64,000 bases of DNA from contig MFGB01000016.1 in NCBI GenBank assembly GCA_001780275.1, positions 27,205-91,204 on the forward strand, given 5' to 3'. This DNA comes from Candidatus Falkowbacteria bacterium RIFOXYA2_FULL_47_19 (GTDB lineage Bacteria > Patescibacteriota > Patescibacteriia > Patescibacteriales > UBA12075). The notes below the pieces were generated by a model. It was not told where the DNA came from, did not search any database, and saw only the letters and a program-made list of their open reading frames with translations. The position numbers and the translations under genes were made by a program. Of the stretch, positions 55,287-61,201 are shown one piece after another. The stretch's first letter is position 1; each line of letters begins with the position of its first letter.

Positions 55287-56729
55287 ATGAAAAAAAATAT
55301 TCTTCTGGCGATTGGCGCTTTTATCGTTATCGGCCTCTTATTCGTTCCGCTCCTGGATTTTTTTTATGATCTGGGCGGCTTCGCTAAAGCCGATCCGCGG
55401 CCGTTTACCGTCGAGGGCTTATTCGCCGGGCGGAGCGGGGAGGGAGGGGAAATTTTTCCGGTAACCGTAGCCACTTCAGCGGAGGCCTATGAAGATTTGC
55501 CGGTCGGAGAGGTTTCCTTCCACGAGATTGCCGATCCGAAAGGGACCGTTGTCCTTATTCCGCAGAATCACCAGTATCCCGGTTCGGCCGCCGAGGATCC
55601 GAAAAACGATTCGGCGGAGAAAACCCAGGCGCAGATATACGATATCCTGAAGCACCTGCACGAAGAAAATGGCATCGATTTTATAATGACCGAGGGCGAC
55701 CTTAATGGCGACGTGCCTGCGGAAAAGCTCGCCGCGCTTGCCGAGAAGATCGATCTGCGCGACGAATTCGCCGTTCGAATCGAAAAATTGCGGGTTGAAG
55801 CCGACGGAAAATTAGATCCGGGAGCGGAAAAGAATCTATTAGTGAAAGCGGAAAAATTGATCGCCTCCCTGGACCGGGAGATAATACTGAAAGGCGCCCC
55901 CTATAAGCTTAAGGCCGAAGGCGTGGATTTTAAGCTTGTCGGGTCGGAAAACGAGGAGACTCGCGAAGAGTGCGCGGATATTGTCCGGAATTATATTTAC
56001 CAGCAAGACCAGTTAAAAACCTGCAACGGTTTGGCGGCGGGGAATGATTCATCGGTCTTGACTGGAAACGGTACAACCGCCGCTACGCAGGAGAAGTTGC
56101 GGGTTCTGAAAGATAAATTAAAAACGTTTAAGGACCTGCCTTTATCAGAAAGGCTTAAGGCCCTGCAAACGGAATTCAAATCAAAGGATCTTTCTTTCAT
56201 GATCGCGTCGGAAGACCTTAATGGCTTAACGGGCGGTAATTCGCTCCTGGAAAAGATCCGGCAGATCAAGACATTAAGCGCGGGCCAGGTGTCCCTTGAC
56301 AAAGAGTTTAGCGAGCTTTTGACGGTTGCTAACGCCCGCGGCGAAAAGGCTCTAACCGACAAATTAACGGCGGCGAAAGAAGCGTACCAGAAGATCGAAG
56401 ACTTTAAAAGCGGGAAGCAAGGCGCTTTGACCTCGTCTTCTCCTTCCAGAAGCGATAATCCCTACAAAACGATCACGGATCCGGTCAAGCTGCAAACGAT
56501 GATAAAAGAGTCGGAGGGTATGATCCAGACGGTGGTTATCGACCAAAGGAACCGGGAAACGGCGGTTAATTTCGTTTCGGCAATGGAGACGGCCGGAGAA
56601 AAAATCGGCATCCTGCAATTCGGCGCCGGCCACGAAGAAGGTCTGATCAAAGAATTGAATAACCAGGCTTTAAACGTCATCGTTATCAAGGCGGATGAGG
56701 TTTTAAGAAGAGAGAAGACCGGGGAATAA
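55287..56729 (+). CDS. hypothetical secreted/membrane-anchored protein
   Basis: N-terminal TM segment ILLAIGAFIVIGLLFVPLL. 480 aa. Promoter TTGACA-17-TATCAT at 55174-55202. Confidence 0.6.
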   Translation: MKKNILLAIGAFIVIGLLFVPLLDFFYDLGGFAKADPRPFTVEGLFAGRSGEGGEIFPVTVATSAEAYEDLPVGEVSFHEIADPKGTVVLIPQNHQYPGSAAEDPKNDSAEKTQAQIYDILKHLHEENGIDFIMTEGDLNGDVPAEKLAALAEKIDLRDEFAVRIEKLRVEADGKLDPGAEKNLLVKAEKLIASLDREIILKGAPYKLKAEGVDFKLVGSENEETREECADIVRNYIYQQDQLKTCNGLAAGNDSSVLTGNGTTAATQEKLRVLKDKLKTFKDLPLSERLKALQTEFKSKDLSFMIASEDLNGLTGGNSLLEKIRQIKTLSAGQVSLDKEFSELLTVANARGEKALTDKLTAAKEAYQKIEDFKSGKQGALTSSSPSRSDNPYKTITDPVKLQTMIKESEGMIQTVVIDQRNRETAVNFVSAMETAGEKIGILQFGAGHEEGLIKELNNQALNVIVIKADEVLRREKTGE

Positions 56730-56763
56730 TATTGATTATAAAAAACAGGTATACAGGTATATA

Positions 56764-56800
56764 GAGCGGCTCGGCTGATAATATCAGCCGGGCGCTTTTA
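56764..56800 (+). terminator. intrinsic terminator
   Basis: CGGCTGATA / TATCAGCCG stem extended by AGCG..CGCT, followed by TTTTA. Confidence 0.7.
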
Positions 56801-56811
56801 TTGACAAATCA

Positions 56812-57318
56812 TCAATTGAACAGCTGGTCTAAAATAAAAATATCGCCTAAGGCGCCGCCGTCCGCGTTGAGGATCTTACTGTCTTTCCGGAAGAGCCGGT
56901 CCAATACGAACAGATCGCCCGGGCCGAGAGGGCCGTTATCTTCGAACAGTCGGCCGTTATTCATGATCTGGTCCAGGATAATAAGATCGCCCAAGGACGT
57001 CCGGCCGGGTTCAAGAAGAGAATGTCCGTCAAACAGTTTATCCAAAACGAACAGATCGCCCAGATTCAAATTTTCGGCTTGTTCCATGAGCGCGTATTCT
57101 TCCGAGGCCGGGTCATAGCCGTTGATATCAGGACCGAATAAACGCCGGACAGCATCCTCCGCCGTCCCTTCGATCGGCTTGTTTTTATCGTCAGCGGAAT
57201 CGTCTATCTCCAGAGCGACAGTATCGGCCAATTCATGCATGCGCGCCGAAGCGGCCAAATACCAGAAATTAGAAGCGGTCATGATAATTATAGTAAGTAT
57301 GATAATCGGTCTTTTCAT
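56812..57318 (-). CDS. secreted LGDLFxLDxLF-repeat protein, paralog 1
   Basis: Signal/TM N-terminus. Motifs LGDLFVLDKLF, LGDLIILDQIM, PGDLFVLDRLF and LGDIFILDQLF. The start codon sits in a CATATG context. Confidence 0.75.
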   Translation of the reverse strand: MKRPIIILTIIIMTASNFWYLAASARMHELADTVALEIDDSADDKNKPIEGTAEDAVRRLFGPDINGYDPASEEYALMEQAENLNLGDLFVLDKLFDGHSLLEPGRTSLGDLIILDQIMNNGRLFEDNGPLGPGDLFVLDRLFRKDSKILNADGGALGDIFILDQLFN

Positions 57319-57388
57319 ATGGTTTACTTGTCTTTATACCTTAATAAATATTCCTTAAAATCGCGTGAATAAATTTTTGCGTGAAAAT

Positions 57389-57418
57389 AAAAAAGACGGC
57401 TATTTCGCCGTCTTTTTT
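57389..57418 (-). terminator. intrinsic terminator of paralog 2
   Basis: AAAAAAGACGGC-gaaata-GCCGTCTTTTTT on the minus strand, followed by ATTTT. Confidence 0.8.
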
Positions 57419-57439
57419 GATCCCTTTGTACTTCTTGGG

Positions 57440-57829
57440 TTATTTCGTTGTACTGTCGCTGCCGTCGAACAGGCTACCACCGTTGTCATTGAATAATCGA
57501 TCAAGGATAAAGAGCTCGCCTAGATTACTGCCACCCCCGATCCCTCCGCTACCGAAGAGTCGATCAAGCACGAAGAGGTCGCCCAAGTCGCTGCCGCCCC
57601 CGATCCCTCCGCTACCGAAGAGTCGATCAAGCACGAAGAGCTTGCCTAGATTATTATTATCATTATCCGAGCCGAAAATATCTCCGCCGTTGCCTCCGCC
57701 AAAAAGCTGATCCAGGATCAGGAGATCCCCCAAATTACTATTACTGCTGTTCAGGACATTAGCGGAAGCCGTTACCGGCATTAAAGTTACGGCCAAGATC
57801 GATAGACTTATTAGTATTTTGTTGATCAT
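57440..57829 (-). CDS. secreted LGDLFxLDxLF-repeat protein, paralog 2
   Basis: Signal peptide ..LMPVTASA. Motifs LGDLLILDQLF, LGKLFVLDRLF, LGDLFVLDRLF and LGELFILDRLF, separated by Gly-rich linkers. Contains an internal 63-bp tandem duplication. Confidence 0.8.
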   Translation of the reverse strand: MINKILISLSILAVTLMPVTASANVLNSSNSNLGDLLILDQLFGGGNGGDIFGSDNDNNNLGKLFVLDRLFGSGGIGGGSDLGDLFVLDRLFGSGGIGGGSNLGELFILDRLFNDNGGSLFDGSDSTTK

Positions 57830-57911
57830 ATGATTTTGGCTTTAAGCCTTAATTAATAATTAATCCCGGGAGAAATCTTATTATTGAGAATGATTCCCGT
57901 ATATATAAAAA

Positions 57912-57935
57912 GACGGTTGGGGAAATTTTTATGAG
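57912..57935 (-). promoter_or_regulatory. CTCAT-N15-CGTC bipartite promoter-like motif upstream of paralog 2
   Basis: The minus strand reads CTCAT aaaaatttccccaac CGTCTTT. The geometry matches the three ATCAT-N15-CGTC copies. Confidence 0.45.
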
Positions 57936-57962
57936 AGGATTACAATCTCTTTACGATAGATT

Positions 57963-58008
57963 AAGAATAAAATAAGAGACGAGATATCTCGTCTCTTATT
58001 TTATTCTT
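57963..58008. terminator. 46-nt perfect palindrome (bidirectional terminator)
   Basis: AAGAATAAAATAAGAGACGAGAT followed directly by its exact reverse complement ATCTCGTCTCTTATTTTATTCTT. Confidence 0.75.
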
Positions 58009-58024
58009 ATCTCAAGATAAATAT

Positions 58025-58657
58025 CTAATTGACCGCCAGTGAACCGGGCGCTACCGGAATTTGTTCGATATTGGCGTTGGTAATCCCTAAGCCCCTATCC
58101 TCAATGAGGTTGAACGCGCCGGCCGCGCCGATTACCGGTATAATGCTCCTGTCCGTCGGATTGACGTAATAAAGCTTGCCGCTGTCCTCGACCTTAAGGA
58201 GGAATTTGCCGGCCAAGCGGGACGGAGCAGTACCGCCGAACGCGTCAAAATTCGCGTTCGTAATACCGGTGGCTTGTTCCCCCATGATGGTCAGGGCAGC
58301 CTGCGGTCCGTTCAGGTAATAGCGCTGCGTGTCTGCCGGGTTTACGTACCAGGCTCGTCCATCAGCTTCGGTCTGGATAAGGATCCGGCCGGACAGCCGC
58401 TGTCTTAAGGGAGTCGGCGCCACCGCTACCGGTGCTGTCGTTTGCTGCGGAAATAGCTGGTCCAGGATGAACAGGTCGCCTAAATTAGTTTGCGAGTCGT
58501 CACCTACATTGAACAGCCTATCCAGCGCGAACAGATCGCCGATATTGCCCGCGCCGTTTAGACCGTTAAGAATTCCGGCGGCGGCGGCCGGAGCCATCGG
58601 CGACATAACGCCCATTACGACTGCCGCGACCGCGAAAACGGAAATTATTCTCTTCAT
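58025..58657 (-). CDS. secreted LGDLFxLDxLF-repeat protein, paralog 3, fused to two GEAWYV-type modules
   Basis: Signal peptide ..SPMAPAAAAG. Motifs IGDLFALDRLF and LGDLFILDQLF, then GRILIQTEADGRAWYVNPADTQRYYLNGPQAALTIMGEQATGIT and GKFLLKVEDSGKLYYVNPTDRS...LIEDRGLGIT. Confidence 0.8.
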   Translation of the reverse strand: MKRIISVFAVAAVVMGVMSPMAPAAAAGILNGLNGAGNIGDLFALDRLFNVGDDSQTNLGDLFILDQLFPQQTTAPVAVAPTPLRQRLSGRILIQTEADGRAWYVNPADTQRYYLNGPQAALTIMGEQATGITNANFDAFGGTAPSRLAGKFLLKVEDSGKLYYVNPTDRSIIPVIGAAGAFNLIEDRGLGITNANIEQIPVAPGSLAVN

Positions 58658-58860
58658 ATGATTGCATCTTGATACGAGGACGAAAGTTTATTCCGAAATA
58701 AAACTTCGGAATTATTTTTCGATCCTCGATGTTCGATTGTTTAACAACGCTTCCCCCGACCTTTGTTTTCACCCTTGAAACCTTAAAAAGATTTCAGGGA
58801 AGCGATTTGTTCTTTAAAGATATAATTCTAATTCTTTTATTATGACCCCATAATATATAT

Positions 58861-58884
58861 GACGCTTGATTTTAATATTATGAT
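58861..58884 (-). promoter_or_regulatory. ATCAT-N15-CGTC bipartite promoter-like motif upstream of paralog 3
   Basis: The minus strand reads ATCAT aatattaaaatcaag CGTCATA, inside a 60-nt block homologous to 59629-59688. Confidence 0.5.
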
Positions 58885-58890
58885 TGAATT

Positions 58891-58928
58891 AAATTAAGAG
58901 ACCGGGGTACACCACGGTCTCTTAATTT
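58891..58928 (-). terminator. terminator of paralog 4
   Basis: AAATTAAGAGACCG-10 nt-CGGTCTCTTAATTT. Confidence 0.7.
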
Positions 58929-58950
58929 ATTTTATCCGACTAGTTCTAAT

Positions 58951-59469
58951 TTAGAGAGCATCGCCGCCGAAAAGCTGATCCAGAATAAAGATATCGCCCA
59001 GATTGGCGTTATCGCCATTGCCGAATAATCTGCTCATGATGAAAAGCTCTCCCAAACCGCCGCTGCCGGTATCTAGTATGCCGCCGCTCTCTCCGGAAGT
59101 GCCATCGTTAAAGAGCTGATCCAGGATAAAGATATCGCCCAGATTGGCGTCGGTGTCATCGCCGCCGAAGAGCCTGTCCAAAACGAATAATTCTCCCAGG
59201 TCGCTGCTGCCGCTGCCGGTATCTAGTATGCCGCCGCTCTCTCCGGAAGTGCCATCGTTAAAGAGCTGATCCAGGATAAAGATATCTCCCAGATTCGCGT
59301 TGGTGTCATCGCCGCCGAAGAGCCTGTCCAAAACGAATAATTCTCCCAAGTCGCTGCTGCCGCTGCCGCTATCGAGTATGCCCGCGTTAGCCGTAACCGG
59401 CGCGGTTATGACGGCGCCGATTGCCAGAGCGAATACCGCTAGACTGGCAATTATTTTTTTTCCTACCAT
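58951..59469 (-). CDS. secreted LGDLFxLDxLF-repeat protein, paralog 4 (three tandem 50-aa units)
   Basis: Likely start is MVGKKIIASLAVFALAIGAVITAPVTANA at 59469; the track uses GTG at 59514. The unit GILDxGSGSSDLGELFVLDRLFGGDDTxANLGDIFILDQLFNDGTSGESG occurs twice nearly identically (150-bp DNA repeat, 59083-59382), followed by a diverged third unit. Confidence 0.8.
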   Translation of the reverse strand: MVGKKIIASLAVFALAIGAVITAPVTANAGILDSGSGSSDLGELFVLDRLFGGDDTNANLGDIFILDQLFNDGTSGESGGILDTGSGSSDLGELFVLDRLFGGDDTDANLGDIFILDQLFNDGTSGESGGILDTGSGGLGELFIMSRLFGNGDNANLGDIFILDQLFGGDAL

Positions 59470-59652
59470 ATGTTTAGTTTTTAGGTTTATTAACTTGATT
59501 ACGATCTTCTTCACGACCTTTGGTCGAGGGCAAGGTCATCGGCAGGGGTCATGTCCTTATTTGACCTTTTTTAGATGAAGAAGTTAATAGAATTATATCT
59601 TCAAGAATTGATTATTTATTTTATTTATCTTTTATCGCCCCCTAAATATTAT

Positions 59653-59676
59653 GACGGATAACTTTCATATTATGAT
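59653..59676 (-). promoter_or_regulatory. ATCAT-N15-CGTC bipartite promoter-like motif upstream of paralog 4
   Basis: The minus strand reads ATCAT aatatgaaagttatc CGTCATA. Confidence 0.5.
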
Positions 59677-59721
59677 TATGTTAAATTCATGCGTTTTTAG
59701 TCTTACCTGTGGATATTAGCC

Positions 59722-59884
59722 AAATAAAAATCTTCCCCCGACCTTTAAAAACGGTTACGCTTCCCTTTGATATGTTAATATCTTTAAAGAGGCTTATAAC
59801 GCGGGAAGCGCAACCGGGGGAAGATTTAAGACCCTGTCTTCAGATCCCGAGAAAGGCAGGGTTTGTGTTTATAAGCCTCCTAAA
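59722..59884 (-). ncRNA. candidate small RNA (about 160 nt) between an ATCAT-N15-CGTC motif and an intrinsic terminator
   Basis: Nested helices TCTTCCCCCG / CGGGGGAAGA (59731-40 / 59815-24) and CGCTTCCC / GGGAAGCG (59758-65 / 59803-10), followed on the minus strand by TTTTTATTT. A competing 11-bp helix GAGGCTTATAA / TTATAAGCCTC (59789-99 / 59869-79) sequesters an AGGAGG. Extra hairpin at 59832-59862. No start codon after the SD-like sequence. Confidence 0.5.
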
Positions 59885-59890
59885 ATCTAA

Positions 59891-59914
59891 GACGGTCCCC
59901 GTTATTATTATGAT
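59891..59914 (-). promoter_or_regulatory. ATCAT-N15-CGTC bipartite promoter-like motif upstream of the candidate sRNA
   Basis: The minus strand reads ATCAT aataataacggggac CGTCTTA, directly after the terminator at 59921-59955. Confidence 0.5.
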
Positions 59915-59920
59915 AGGATT

Positions 59921-59955
59921 AAAAACAAAAAGCCGCCCGCTAAAAGCCGGGCGGC
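59921..59955 (-). terminator. intrinsic terminator of the 59963..60376 gene
   Basis: GCCGCCCG-8 nt-CGGGCGGC, with TTTTTGTTTTT on the minus strand. Confidence 0.8.
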
Positions 59956-59962
59956 AACGATT

Positions 59963-60376
59963 TTATGGAGTTGGCCGGATGATTAAAAATTGTAAATCCG
60001 GATCCGGTTCAATGGACACGATGCAGATATCATTGGGGCCGGTAACCCAGATGATGTCTTTCGGGTGTTTCGTCCGATATTTTTTCCGCAAGTATCCTTC
60101 AGACCCAAAGGAGTGGACAACCTTGCCCTTGAGCACGAGACGATAGATGATTTCGCCCTTGCCCTTGTGGAGAGCCGCGTTTTTAAGGGCTTGGGGGATG
60201 CCGTCTATTTCCGCGACGGTTTTGTTCGGGCGGGAAAATATCCAGACGGGTTGAGGATGGCTCATCTCCTCTTTGATTTCATGGGTTATAAGCGCGAAAA
60301 TGCTCAATATCGCCCCGACGATCATTGCTGTCTTCACGAAAAAATACAAACCATTAATGATTTTGAAAGAGCGCAT
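59963..60376 (-). CDS. hypothetical membrane-anchored protein
   Basis: 137 aa with an N-terminal TM helix (TAMIVGAILSIFALI), followed by its own terminator. Confidence 0.55.
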   Translation of the reverse strand: MRSFKIINGLYFFVKTAMIVGAILSIFALITHEIKEEMSHPQPVWIFSRPNKTVAEIDGIPQALKNAALHKGKGEIIYRLVLKGKVVHSFGSEGYLRKKYRTKHPKDIIWVTGPNDICIVSIEPDPDLQFLIIRPTP

Positions 60377-60567
60377 CTTCGTTCCTTTCTATGATTTAAG
60401 GTAAAATGTGAGTTTTATATTTAATTATAATAGCATATAAGTTAAATTTTGTCAAGTTGTTACTTTTTTGTTAAAAATTCGTTATAAATATTGTTAGCCA
60501 AACAAATAAATATATATTATAATATATACTAGAGCGTGGCTCTAGTTATGAAATTAACTTAAATTTT

Positions 60568-61131
60568 ATGAATATCGGCGTGGATGAAATATCGGCGATA
60601 AAACAATGCCAAGCCGGAGATCCGGAAAAATTCGGCGTTTTATACGATAAATATATAAAAAAGATCTACGATTTCGTTTATTACAAGACCCATCACCGGG
60701 AAACGGCCGAAGATCTTACTTCCAGAATTTTCATGAAAGCTCTGGAGAATATCGGCGGTTTTGATCCCGGCAAAGGCACTTTTCAGGCCTGGATCTATAG
60801 GATCGCGCGCAATACGGTCATTGATCATTACCGGACGTCCAGAGCGCACGCGAATATCGAAGACGTTTGGGATCTGTCCGGGAATGATGATCCGGAACGG
60901 GATATTGACGCGAAAACCAAACTCGAAAAAGTTAGAAAGTATTTGGCGAAACTGAAACCGATCGAACGGGATATAGTGATCATGCGCGTTTGGCAGGGGA
61001 TGAATCACAAAGAGATCGCGGCCGTAATGGGCAAAACGGAGGCGGGAGTTAAAATGGCTTTTTCGCGGACGATAACAAAGCTCCGGGAAGAGATGCCGTT
61101 GGCGATCTTTCTTTCCTTTTTTATGCAGTGA
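60568..61131 (+). CDS. ECF-type RNA polymerase sigma factor
   Basis: Region 2 (AEDLTSRIFMKALENI..FQAWIYRIARNTVIDHYR) and a region 4 HTH (MNHKEIAAVMGKTEAGVKMAFSR). The 5' UTR hairpin ACTAGAGC-gtg-GCTCTAGT lies at 60530-60548. Confidence 0.88.
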   Translation: MNIGVDEISAIKQCQAGDPEKFGVLYDKYIKKIYDFVYYKTHHRETAEDLTSRIFMKALENIGGFDPGKGTFQAWIYRIARNTVIDHYRTSRAHANIEDVWDLSGNDDPERDIDAKTKLEKVRKYLAKLKPIERDIVIMRVWQGMNHKEIAAVMGKTEAGVKMAFSRTITKLREEMPLAIFLSFFMQ

Positions 61132-61201
61132 TCTTGTTACCGTGAATGATCTTTATCGTATAATTTAAGCATAAGGAATTAATAATTAAGCGATTAAATT
61201 T

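Noticed and set aside
57381-57710. The Pro/Ser-rich repeat ORF on the plus strand (also 56801-57118, 58329-58661 and 59300-59578).
   Set aside because: These are mirror-image translations of the LGDLF repeat genes. The minus-strand frames have signal peptides, terminators and conserved start contexts, and the plus-strand frames do not.
59709-60146. The 145-aa plus-strand ORF.
   Set aside because: It overlaps the structured RNA element, a terminator hairpin and the convergent gene 59963-60376. It has no RBS and a low-complexity basic composition.
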